NCBI GenBank assembly: GCA_964448605.1
Contig: CAYUZV010000005.1
Span: 1,465 to 65,464 of the forward strand
Reading direction: 5' to 3'
DNA: 64,000 nucleotides
Source: Candidatus Woesearchaeota archaeon
GTDB lineage: Archaea > Nanobdellota > Nanobdellia > Pacearchaeales > GW2011-AR1
This document shows positions 27,525-34,863 of the stretch, piece after piece (positions within the stretch are counted from its first letter, which is position 1; every line of letters begins with the position of its first letter). The notes beneath the pieces were generated by a model, which saw nothing but the letters and a program-made list of their open reading frames with translations, was not told the origin of the DNA and did no database searches. The translations under genes were made by a program, and so were the position numbers.

Positions 27525-27781
27525 TTAACCATATATTCTCGGTCTTTTATCAATATCTGAAATAAACAATAGACTATCTTTCTTATAAGCAGAATAAAGT
27601 ATTCTGTAATCTCCAACTCTTACTCTAAATGTTTTATCTTTTTTATTAAGAATTCTTTTACAATCAGAAGGAAAGGGATTTTCTCTTAGTTTGTTTATTT
27701 TATTTTTTAACCTATCGTTAGGTCTTTATCACATTTAGATAAGAATTTTGTTGATTTGCTACTTAATTTATAATCGAGCAT
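27525..27781 (-). pseudogene. RelE/ParE-family toxin, frameshifted
   Basis: MLDYKLSSKSTKFLSKCDKDLTIG* continues in a shifted frame as RLKNKINKLRENPFPSDCKRILNKKDKTFRVRVGDYRILYSAYKKDSLLFISDIDKRPRIYG*. It is a paralogue of 29198-29458. Confidence 0.6.
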
Positions 27782-27975
27782 TTTTCAATCTCTCTTTTTC
27801 TACATCTTCAAAAGTAAATGTTTCTCCTCTTTCTAGTTCTACTAAACTTTCTTCATGTCTTGCTTCTTCTTCAAGAGTTAGAATTGTATCTGGATCAATT
27901 ATATTTTTTTTATAATATTTATATCTACTCTTAATTGTTTTAATTCATTTAAGATTTGTTGATTTGTTGTTCCAT
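27768..27975 (-). pseudogene. Antitoxin of the decayed RelE pair (7-nt deletion after codon 4)
   Basis: atggaacaacaa is followed by atcaacaaatctta, whereas copies B and C have atggaacaacaaACAATAAatcaacaaatctta. This gives M-E-Q-Q-I-N-K-S-stop. The downstream frame ILNELKQLRVDINIIKKNIIDPD...ERLKNARL is still open. Confidence 0.55.
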
Positions 27976-28016
27976 TGTTAATTTATTAAGAAGTTGAAGG
28001 TTTTTGGTGTTTTTGG
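27905..28016 (-). repeat. TA promoter + leader-peptide cassette, copy A (degenerate)
   Basis: It matches copies B and C except for the 7-nt deletion and the loss of the CCTTAAAA TATA-like core (caccaaaaacaccaaaaacc). Confidence 0.8.
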
Positions 28017-28065
28017 TGTTTTTGATATCTATATAATTTTAAATAATCTTGAATCTTATTAAATT

Positions 28066-28380
28066 ATGAGATATTTAGTTAAAACATTGCCAGTAGTTGA
28101 AAAACAAATGCAAAAAATGTCTATCAATAACCAGAATCGGTTTGGAAATCTTATTAATCAAATTGAAAATAATCCTTATATTGGAGATTCCTTGCAAATT
28201 AGAATTATTAGGGAAAAAAGATTTAATGGGAAGAGAATCTATTTTGTTATATTTGAAGATTTAAGGGTAGTTTTAATAGTTGCGATTAGTGATAAAAAGA
28301 CTCAACAGAAAACTATTGATTTTATTAGAGATAATTTAAATGAATATAGAGAATTATTAAAGGAATTGCTAAATAATTAA
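28066..28380 (+). CDS. RelE/ParE-superfamily toxin-like protein (putative)
   Basis: ..NQIENNPYIGDSLQIRIIREKRFNGKRIYFVIFEDLRVVLIVAISDKK resembles the RelE/ParE core (NP..G..L......R.G.YR..Y.I......V.I..I..R). Confidence 0.45.
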   Translation: MRYLVKTLPVVEKQMQKMSINNQNRFGNLINQIENNPYIGDSLQIRIIREKRFNGKRIYFVIFEDLRVVLIVAISDKKTQQKTIDFIRDNLNEYRELLKELLNN

Positions 28381-28550
28381 TTTAGAGCTACGATTTTTCT
28401 CTGTCTTAGTTCTTCTATACCTTTTTGGAGTTGTTCTTCTATATCCGTTAAAGGTTCTTCTTCTCTTATATTTTTTTTTATAATATTTATATCTACTCTT
28501 AATTGTTTTAATTCATTTAAGATTTGTTGATTTATTGTTTGTTGTTCCAT
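28377..28550 (-). CDS. 57-aa antitoxin-like protein carrying the shared N-terminal cassette
   Basis: MEQQTINQQILNELKQLRVDINIIKKNIREEEPLTDIEEQLQKGIEELRQRKIVALN. The first 25 codons are identical to 29455-29655. Its stop overlaps the convergent 28066-28380 stop. It is below the ORF-track cut-off. Confidence 0.5.
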   Translation of the reverse strand: MEQQTINQQILNELKQLRVDINIIKKNIREEEPLTDIEEQLQKGIEELRQRKIVALN

Positions 28551-28594
28551 TGTTAATTTATTAAGAAGTTGAAGGTTTTAAGGTTTTTGGTGTT
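28476..28594 (-). repeat. TA promoter + leader-peptide cassette, copy B
   Basis: About 117 nt match copy C (29581-29698) by eye. On the minus strand it reads CACCAAAAACCTTAAAACC, then 26 nt, then ATG and 25 codons. Confidence 0.85.
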
Positions 28595-28817
28595 AAACAT
28601 ATTCTGCAAAATCTTCGGGGTTGATTTTTGAATCTTTAATAATTCTTGATAAAGTTCCTTTTTTTAATTGAGGGTGCATTGGGACTGTTAATTTGATAAT
28701 TTCACCTTCTTTCTTTTTTTCTAATCTGACATGACTTCCCCTTTGTCTAACAATTTGAAAATCGAGTTTATTAAGAATTTTTACTAATTCCCTGCCAGAT
28801 ATCTGTGGAAGCTTCAT
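28593..28817 (-). CDS. hicA: HicA toxin
   Basis: ISGRELVKILNKLDFQIVRQRGSHVRL...TVPMHP.LKKGTL..I is the YcfA/HicA signature. Confidence 0.85.
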   Translation of the reverse strand: MKLPQISGRELVKILNKLDFQIVRQRGSHVRLEKKKEGEIIKLTVPMHPQLKKGTLSRIIKDSKINPEDFAEYV

Positions 28818-28818
28818 T

Positions 28819-29016
28819 TTAAATTGTTATATCGATTATCTTCCCTTTATCATTAAATTCTTCAGGTTCTTCTTCTAAGTATAATTGAATTGCTTCTTTT
28901 ATATTTTCTACACATTCTTCGATACTCTCTCCTTGTGAAATGCATCCAGGCAGGGCAGGAACAAAAACAGTATATCCGCCTTCTTCTTGTTCTTCAAGAT
29001 ATATTTTTAGGTCCAT
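28819..29016 (-). CDS. hicB: HicB antitoxin (UPF0150 fold, no DNA-binding domain)
   Basis: EEGGYTVFVPALPGCISQGESIEECVENIKEAIQLYLE is the typical HicB N-domain. Confidence 0.8.
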   Translation of the reverse strand: MDLKIYLEEQEEGGYTVFVPALPGCISQGESIEECVENIKEAIQLYLEEEPEEFNDKGKIIDITI

Positions 29017-29019
29017 TTT

Positions 29020-29121
29020 CTAATATTTTTCCTTTGATATTCTTTCCTTAATTATCAAAATATCTTTATGAATTTCATCTAATTTCTTCATTATCTCTTG
29101 ATTTGATACTTCTTGTTCCAT
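29020..29121 (-). CDS. 33-aa peptide related to the shared antitoxin N-terminal module, upstream of hicBA
   Basis: MEQEVSNQEIMKKLDEIHKDILIIKERISKEKY. It is preceded by cassette copy D and ends 3 nt before the hicB ATG. Confidence 0.4.
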   Translation of the reverse strand: MEQEVSNQEIMKKLDEIHKDILIIKERISKEKY

Positions 29122-29162
29122 TGTTAATTATTAAGAAGTTGAGGGTTTTAAGGTTTTTGGTA
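29113..29162 (-). repeat. TA promoter cassette, copy D (partial, diverged)
   Basis: ttgttccattgttaattattaagaagttgagggttttaaggtttttggt matches the promoter-proximal part of copies B and C with a few changes. Confidence 0.7.
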
Positions 29163-29197
29163 ATGAGTATCCAGACAAAAAAGAATAATACTATTTA

Positions 29198-29458
29198 CTA
29201 ATAAACTCTCGGACGCTTTTCTATCTTAATGATGATTATTTTTTTAGTCTGATAATTAATTCTATATAGGGTTCTATGAATTCCGGTTCTTATTCTGAAT
29301 ACTAAATCTTTTAAACCTTTAATCCGTTTTGCATCTTGAGGGACGGGATTTTCAGAAAGAGTTTCTTCAATTTTATTGATTATTCTTTTTGAAATATGTT
29401 TGTCTTGTTGTTTTAGAAATTTAGTGGGTTGTTTGTCATATTCTATTTTAAATTTCAT
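29198..29458 (-). CDS. relE: RelE/ParE-family toxin
   Basis: ..KRIINKIEETLSENPVPQDAKRIKGLKDLVFRIRTGIHRTLYRINYQTKKIIIIKIEKRPRVY. There is a 4-nt overlap with the upstream antitoxin. Confidence 0.75.
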   Translation of the reverse strand: MKFKIEYDKQPTKFLKQQDKHISKRIINKIEETLSENPVPQDAKRIKGLKDLVFRIRTGIHRTLYRINYQTKKIIIIKIEKRPRVY

Positions 29459-29655
29459 ATTTCTAATTCTTCTTTTAGGTCTTCAGAAGATATCAATGCA
29501 CCATTCTTTTCATTTTCATAACTTTCATCAAGTAATTGTTCTTCTTCTTCTGTCAATTGAGAATCCCCATTTAAGTCTTCTTTTATAATATTTATATCTA
29601 CTCTTAATTGTTTTAATTCATTTAAGATTTGTTGATTTATTGTTTGTTGTTCCAT
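29455..29655 (-). CDS. Antitoxin partner of RelE (family not recognised)
   Basis: 66 aa, acidic, with the N-terminal shared module MEQQTINQQILNELKQLRVDINIIK. It is leaderless relative to the cassette TATA. Confidence 0.65.
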   Translation of the reverse strand: MEQQTINQQILNELKQLRVDINIIKEDLNGDSQLTEEEEQLLDESYENEKNGALISSEDLKEELEI

Positions 29656-29698
29656 TGTTAATTTATTAAGAAGTTGAAGGTTTTAAGGTTTTTGGTGT
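29581..29698 (-). repeat. TA promoter + leader-peptide cassette, copy C
   Basis: See copy B. Confidence 0.85.
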
Positions 29699-29705
29699 TT
29701 GAGAC

Positions 29706-29876
29706 ATCCTGGGCAATGCTCGGCACTCCACTCGCAGTTATTTTTATAAAATATACTCTGCTTGTGAAATCCCTCGGTCGAACAGATAAATCTGATTGAA
29801 TTTTTTGAGACCTATTGCAAGAGGATGATAATAATATAATATCGCTGTAAGCGATATTATTATATCCCTCGGGCAA
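29706..29876. repeat. 171-bp repeat R1 bounded by tRNA-Tyr 3'-end copies
   Basis: It matches R2 apart from one substitution (ctgcTtgtg versus ctgcTcgtg) and a degenerate left end (atcctgggcaa). It contains the hairpin aatatcgct-gta-agcgatatt and a TTTATAAA motif. Confidence 0.9.
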
Positions 29877-30005
29877 TCTCAGCCCTCACTTTTAGTAATG
29901 ATTTATGAATAAAGATAGTCTAAAAGTGAGAACTTCGGTCGAACTTAAGTTCGATTCTTTGCCTAAAGGGTAATAATACATAATCATCGAAAATGATTAT
30001 GTTCA

Positions 30006-30178
30006 ATCCCTCGGGCAATGCTCGGCACTCCACTCGCAGTTATTTTTATAAAATATACTCTGCTCGTGAAATCCCTCGGTCGAACAGATAAATCTGATTG
30101 AATTTTTTGAGACCTATTGCAAGAGGATGATAATAATATAATATCGCTGTAAGCGATATTATTATATCCCTCGGGCAA
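30006..30178. repeat. 173-bp repeat R2, directly abutting and sharing the 3' end of tRNA-Tyr
   Basis: It starts and ends with atccctcgggcaa (reverse complement TTGCCCGAGGGAT), which is the tRNA-Tyr T-stem/acceptor 3' end. The period to R1 is 302 bp. Confidence 0.9.
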
Positions 30179-30239
30179 GAGTCGAACTTGCATTAAGCGG
30201 TCTACAGCCGCCTGTAATAAACCGTTATACGACCGAGGG
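30167..30239 (-). tRNA. tRNA-Tyr (GUA)
   Basis: Acceptor CCCTCGG/CCGAGGG with the archaeal C1:G72 pair. Anticodon arm is GGCGG-CTGTAGA-CCGCT and T arm is GCAAG-TTCGACT-CTTGC. A TATA-like CTTTAAATA lies upstream. Confidence 0.85.
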
Positions 30240-30435
30240 CTGAAATTAAGAAAAATAAGAGGTATTTAAAGTTTATTAGGGTTCTTGATTTTAATAATTG
30301 CTCGTCTTTGGCTCGATAATCAGCTTCATTGCCTCGGGGCTCGGCAATTCCTCATATTTCTATTACTAGTAAGGGAATTATCAAGAGATTTTTAGTTCAG
30401 GTTAGTTATCCATTTTTAGGATATGGAAGAAGATT

Positions 30436-31806
30436 CTAAGAATCCCTGGGCTCGTTTATATAAAAACTTCGATTTGATGTTGCTTGTTTTATTTTGCCTT
30501 CTTTTTCATAAGTTGCTTTTGCTTCAGGTAATTCAAATCTTCCGACAACTCCGATTTTTGAATAAATTATATATGTGAAAACTCTTTCTTCATCTTTGTT
30601 TAATGATTCCATGTTCCATTCTAATCTTCTGTTTTCTAAATCTATTTTGTCAGGTGTGATTGCTCCGAATTTTTCATATAATTTTACTAATACGGGTATT
30701 TTGTCAATTATGTTTATTTTTTCTAAATATCTTTTTGATTTTGCTCTTAGAGTTACTTTTAGTGCAAATTCTCCTCCTTTTGTTTTAACAAAAGATACAT
30801 TCTTTGTTAAGATTAAGTCTGTTTCAACTGATTTTTTTATGAAATAAATTATTAAAATAATTAAAATAATTATTATTAGTGGATAAAACCAGTTTGTTTT
30901 TGCGATTATTTTTAATTCTTCGTTGGGGATTAGTTCTTTTTTCCAGAGGTATGTTATTTTTAATCCGTTAAGGTATATCTCATCAGGTTCTGTGTTTAAA
31001 GTTGTGAATAGGAAAGATATTATGTTTTTTTCTATTTTTATCTCTGTGGATTTTTTTATGTTTCCGACATTTTTTTTGATTAGTTCTTTTCTTTGTATTA
31101 AAAATCCTTCAGAGGTTTTTTGGAAATCTATTCCTTCTTGTTCGAGGAATCTTATCATTGTTTCTTTTTTTATTTCAATGTTGTCTATTTTTATTTGGAA
31201 ATTTATTAAGTAATTTCCTGCGGTTAATTTGTTTTTATCTTCATTGTTTAGGGGGATTTTTAGTTCAATTGTTTCATAAGGTTCTAAAAATAAATCTGTT
31301 TCATATTCTGAAAATGCAGATATTGAGCTTAATTTTGCTGAAACATTAAATGATGCTGTGTTTTTTATTATTGTGTTTAAGTATTCTGATGAAGGATTTA
31401 TGTTTTCAGGAGTTATTTGGATTAAATCTTTTTTTTCAATTATTTTTAGGGGGAATTCTTCTTCTTGTATTTCTCCTTGAAAATTTCTTAGTTTATATTC
31501 AAAAGAATGAGAGCCTGTTGATGTTTTGAGGATTTCTGGAATTTTTACTTCTACTTTGATGTTTGCTGTTGCATTTTTTCCAATTGTATATTTTTTTTCA
31601 GGAGTTATTTCTAATCCTATTACTGAATAGATTTCAATTGTTTCAGAGTTTTCTTCTAAATTTTTTATTTTTAAATTGAAAATTGCAGGTTTGTCTAAAT
31701 CTTTTACTATTGTGTTTGAGATTGGTTCTGGTGTTACTTCTAAGTTTAGAGCATTAACTAATGTTAAGGTTAATAGTAATACTATTAGTAAAGATAGTTT
31801 TTTCAT
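30436..31806 (-). CDS. Secreted/membrane-anchored surface protein, hypothetical
   Basis: Signal peptide MKKLSLLIVLLLTLTLVNA, beta-rich repeats, TM helix WFYPLIIIILIILIIYFI at about residue 305 and a C-terminal domain. Confidence 0.6.
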   Translation of the reverse strand: MKKLSLLIVLLLTLTLVNALNLEVTPEPISNTIVKDLDKPAIFNLKIKNLEENSETIEIYSVIGLEITPEKKYTIGKNATANIKVEVKIPEILKTSTGSHSFEYKLRNFQGEIQEEEFPLKIIEKKDLIQITPENINPSSEYLNTIIKNTASFNVSAKLSSISAFSEYETDLFLEPYETIELKIPLNNEDKNKLTAGNYLINFQIKIDNIEIKKETMIRFLEQEGIDFQKTSEGFLIQRKELIKKNVGNIKKSTEIKIEKNIISFLFTTLNTEPDEIYLNGLKITYLWKKELIPNEELKIIAKTNWFYPLIIIILIILIIYFIKKSVETDLILTKNVSFVKTKGGEFALKVTLRAKSKRYLEKINIIDKIPVLVKLYEKFGAITPDKIDLENRRLEWNMESLNKDEERVFTYIIYSKIGVVGRFELPEAKATYEKEGKIKQATSNRSFYINEPRDS

Positions 31807-31935
31807 TTTTAAGGTAGTAATTTTTAATATATAAAAATATATTTGATGGAAGATAGAGGTTTAGAGAGGTATGAGAAATGAGAACATTTTAACACTAGTG
31901 AAAATTTAGGATAAAAGAGGGCTTCCAGCCATCAA

Positions 31936-32010
31936 TGAGCCATCCAGGATTTGAACCTGGGACCCCCACCTTATAAGAGTGGTGCTCTAACCTGGCTGAG
32001 CTAATGGCTC
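31936..32010 (-). tRNA. tRNA-Ile (UAU)
   Basis: Acceptor GAGCCAT/ATGGCTC, D arm GCTC..GAGC, anticodon arm CCACT-CTTATAA-GGTGG (anticodon TAT) and T arm CCAGG-TTCAAAT-CCTGG. Confidence 0.85.
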
Positions 32011-32217
32011 ATACACTAAAATCAATATATTTCTTAGTTTTAAAGTTATTGGTTTGAGAAATTCCGAGCCGGACTTCAAACTCCCAAGCTTGTTCGTTAT
32101 ATGTTGTTATTTAATCTCGCAAACTTGCTCGTAAGGCTCTCCACAAAATATTGGTAAGTGAAAAATTTTATTGGTATAAAATATATCTTACTTAAAATTA
32201 AACCTAAAAAATAGTTA

Positions 32218-32634
32218 TCAAATCTCTTCTTTTGATTCTTCAAGATTTTCTTCAGCTTCATCTTCAGGTTGAGCCATTTGCATTATTTCACCTTCTTCCT
32301 GAATTTCTTTTTCTTCTTTTTCTTCTATTTTTTCTTTTTGTTTTTCAGTTTCTTCTGCTGTTTTTTCTTTTTCTATTTTTTCTTTTATCTCTTCTTCTGT
32401 TAATTTTTTTACTTCTTTTTCAGATTTTTTGGGAAGAGGTCTTTTAACAGTTATAGGAAGAACATCTGCATTAAGTTCTCTTTCGGAAATCTTGAGATTA
32501 TCAAAATTCAGGTCATCCTCTTCTTCAGGAGTTAGTTTTAATAAAATTGGAGCCCCCATTGCTAATTGCAAACTTCTTGCTCCTAAAATCCTTGCAATTT
32601 CATATTTTGTAAATTTTTCTTCCAGGTTTTGCAT
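32218..32634 (-). CDS. rpoK: RNA polymerase subunit Rpo6 (RpoK) with long Lys/Glu-rich C-terminal tail
   Basis: The N-terminal 60 aa (FTKYEIARILGARSLQLAMGAPILLKL) form the Rpo6 core. About 75 aa of EK-rich low-complexity sequence follows. Confidence 0.75.
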   Translation of the reverse strand: MQNLEEKFTKYEIARILGARSLQLAMGAPILLKLTPEEEDDLNFDNLKISERELNADVLPITVKRPLPKKSEKEVKKLTEEEIKEKIEKEKTAEETEKQKEKIEEKEEKEIQEEGEIMQMAQPEDEAEENLEESKEEI

Positions 32635-32662
32635 TTTATATAAAAAATAATGTATTTATAAA

Positions 32663-33472
32663 TTATTTCATTTGTTTAAATAATTCCGGGAATAATCTAT
32701 CGTAGGCTTTTTCTGTTTCAGAGATTATATTGTTTAATTCGTCTATTGTTATTTCTTTTATTTCACCTTTTTGCATTGAGTTTATTATTTTTTCTTTTTT
32801 TGGTTGTGAAACTGCTATTGTTAATCTTGCTTCTGCTGAATCTTCTTCTTCACGAGTAGGATCAAGTATGAATGAATCTTCAATTTTGTAAAAAGTCAAT
32901 TGCAATGAGACATTATCTGTTAAGGGTATTGGATTTTTTGTGAATTCTCCGAATTTTACTGCTTCTTCTTTTTCATCATAAACTGGAAGTTTTGCTATTT
33001 TTAGGGCTGTTAGTGCTCCGATTGCTGCTGCATCTAAAACATTTCCATCATCATTTATTGCATAAATGTCTACCATTACTGACCATACTTTTTCTCCTTT
33101 TTTAATGCATAGTTTTTTAAAATCAATAAATCCACTTTCTCTTAATCCTCTGTCCACAACTCTTGCGACTTCAATTGCATCCATTTTTGGAGGTCCTGAA
33201 TCATATCTTTCCCCACAAATTGGTGAAAATTCCATTGAAGTCATCATTGTTCCTTCATCATCATGGTCTGGGTAAGGTTCCTGAACTCCCATTTTAACTC
33301 CTACAATAACTTCTGTTTTTCCTATTTTAATTCTTGCAGAACCTTCTGCCTTGTTTGAAATATCTTTTTCAATAGTAATTTCTCTAAAATCAAAAGGTTT
33401 TCTTCTGTCTAATCTTTTTCCTTCTTTTAATAATGTTTCAATTTTCTTTTTGTTTATATTTGGTATTTGCAT
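32663..33472 (-). CDS. rrp42: Exosome complex subunit Rrp42 (RNase PH-like, inactive)
   Basis: RNase PH fold pattern: R.DGR...FR...IE..V...A.GSA.IK.G.T.V..GVK. It follows rrp41. Confidence 0.8.
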   Translation of the reverse strand: MQIPNINKKKIETLLKEGKRLDRRKPFDFREITIEKDISNKAEGSARIKIGKTEVIVGVKMGVQEPYPDHDDEGTMMTSMEFSPICGERYDSGPPKMDAIEVARVVDRGLRESGFIDFKKLCIKKGEKVWSVMVDIYAINDDGNVLDAAAIGALTALKIAKLPVYDEKEEAVKFGEFTKNPIPLTDNVSLQLTFYKIEDSFILDPTREEEDSAEARLTIAVSQPKKEKIINSMQKGEIKEITIDELNNIISETEKAYDRLFPELFKQMK

Positions 33473-33473
33473 T

Positions 33474-34190
33474 TTATCTTTTGTCTCCTTCGTCTATTTT
33501 TTCTCCTTTAAGTGCTCTTTCCTGGTATTTTAATATTTTGTCACAGGCATTTTTTGCTGCTTCAATTGCTTCCCTGAATCTTGTTGTCTGGATTTTTCCA
33601 TCTAATTGTAAGTGAACTACATCTTTTTTTCTTGAAGTCATTGTGAATGGTATGTCTGTTGCACCTTCTCCTTCTTCATAATCTTCTTCTTCTTTTGTTA
33701 TGTCTGTAACTATTTTATCATCTATTTTTCCTATTGAAACACTTGAAACCATTTCTTTCATTACAACACCTGCCTGAGCAAGAGCCATTGCAGCTGCATT
33801 TATTGCTGCACATCTTGTTGATGCATTAGCTTGCAAAATCATTATTTGAACATCAATAACTGTTCCTGGAAATCTTTCTAAGTCAACTACATTTGAAAGT
33901 GCATTTGAAATTATCATGCTTATTTCTTTGCTTCTTCTGGAAGGTCCTGGTCTTGCTCTTTCTGCAACTGAAAATGGAAGCATATTATATTCACATCTTA
34001 TTATTCCTCTGTCTGGTTCCTGCATATGTTGAGGATGGAGTTGTCTTGGACCTCTAACTGCTGCAATAGCAGTTGTTTCTCCAAAAGCAAATAATGCAGA
34101 ACCTTCTGCACTTGGAATTATTCCAATTTCTGTTTTTATTGGTCTTAATTCATCCATTTTTCTTCCATCTGAACGTTTTGTGTATGGCAT
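33474..34190 (-). CDS. rrp41: Exosome complex exonuclease Rrp41 (RNase PH)
   Basis: R.DGRK.DELRPIK.E.G....A.GSA.F..G.T...AAV.GP and ..PFS..ER..PGPSRR..E. Confidence 0.85.
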   Translation of the reverse strand: MPYTKRSDGRKMDELRPIKTEIGIIPSAEGSALFAFGETTAIAAVRGPRQLHPQHMQEPDRGIIRCEYNMLPFSVAERARPGPSRRSKEISMIISNALSNVVDLERFPGTVIDVQIMILQANASTRCAAINAAAMALAQAGVVMKEMVSSVSIGKIDDKIVTDITKEEEDYEEGEGATDIPFTMTSRKKDVVHLQLDGKIQTTRFREAIEAAKNACDKILKYQERALKGEKIDEGDKR

Positions 34191-34191
34191 T

Positions 34192-34863
34192 TTATTCTTT
34201 TCCTCCTAAAAACTTTTCTATCTTTTCTGTTAATCCGTCTGAAATTGATTCTTGGACAATTAAATGAATTGCATTTTCTGCTTTTTTTTCACCTTGGTCA
34301 TCACCTTTCATCCAGATGAATCCGTTTTGTCCAACTGTTATATCTGTTTTTGTTTTGTTTTTTATTAAATTTATCATGCTTCCTTCTCTTCCAATTATTC
34401 TTGGAACTTTGTGAGGATTTATTTTTATTATTCTTCCTCCTTCTAATTTTCCTAATCCTCTTGATTTTAGTGTTAAATCAACTCCTCCTTTTTTAACACC
34501 CATTATTTTCATGCTTAAAACATCTCCGATGTCTGCGAATTGTGCTATATCATTTTTGTTTATGTATTTTGAACATTCTGATAAGGGTAGAAATGATGAA
34601 AAAGGTCCTCCGATATCAATCATCCAACCACTGAAATTTATATCTTCAACTCTTCCAATTACAGTGTTTCCTCTTCTTGGTTCAAAGATACCTGATACTG
34701 GGATTATTTTTACAACTCTTCCGTTTATTTCAGCAAGTCCGAATCTATGTGCAATTATTTCTTCACCTTCTTTTTTAGTAAAATCTCCTGGAAGATAATC
34801 GTCTCCAGATACAATTGTCTCTCCTGGAATTACTAATTTTCTTTCTGATTTTTCTTTTGTCAT
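34192..34863 (-). CDS. rrp4: Exosome RNA-binding subunit Rrp4 (S1 + KH)
   Basis: N-terminal domain VIPGE.I, an S1 region GNTVIGRVEDINFSGWMIDIG and a KH region KVPRIIGREGSMINLIK. Confidence 0.85.
   Translation of the reverse strand: MTKEKSERKLVIPGETIVSGDDYLPGDFTKKEGEEIIAHRFGLAEINGRVVKIIPVSGIFEPRRGNTVIGRVEDINFSGWMIDIGGPFSSFLPLSECSKYINKNDIAQFADIGDVLSMKIMGVKKGGVDLTLKSRGLGKLEGGRIIKINPHKVPRIIGREGSMINLIKNKTKTDITVGQNGFIWMKGDDQGEKKAENAIHLIVQESISDGLTEKIEKFLGGKE

Noticed and set aside
27900-29700. Possibility that the ~115-bp repeats form a CRISPR array.
   Set aside because: There are only four copies, with irregular spacing of 480-1100 bp. Each contains a promoter and an ATG-initiated reading frame. 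The 'spacers' are recognisable TA genes. No cas genes are present.
29658-30193. Track ORFs 29658-29876 (-) and 29984-30193 (-), which encode near-identical 70-aa peptides.
   Set aside because: They are translations of the R1 and R2 repeats and of tRNA-Tyr-derived sequence. The second runs into the tRNA-Tyr gene. They have no SD or plausible promoter and are rich in hairpins. I treat them as non-coding repeats.
32040-32160. Relatively GC-rich patch between tRNA-Ile and rpoK (ccgagccggacttcaaactcccaagc...ctcgcaaacttgctcgtaaggctctccac), considered as a small RNA. A similar patch lies at 30290-30350.
   Set aside because: I could not fold it into any known RNA (SRP, RNase P or tRNA fragment) by hand and have no conservation data. 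I leave it as an unexplained observation.
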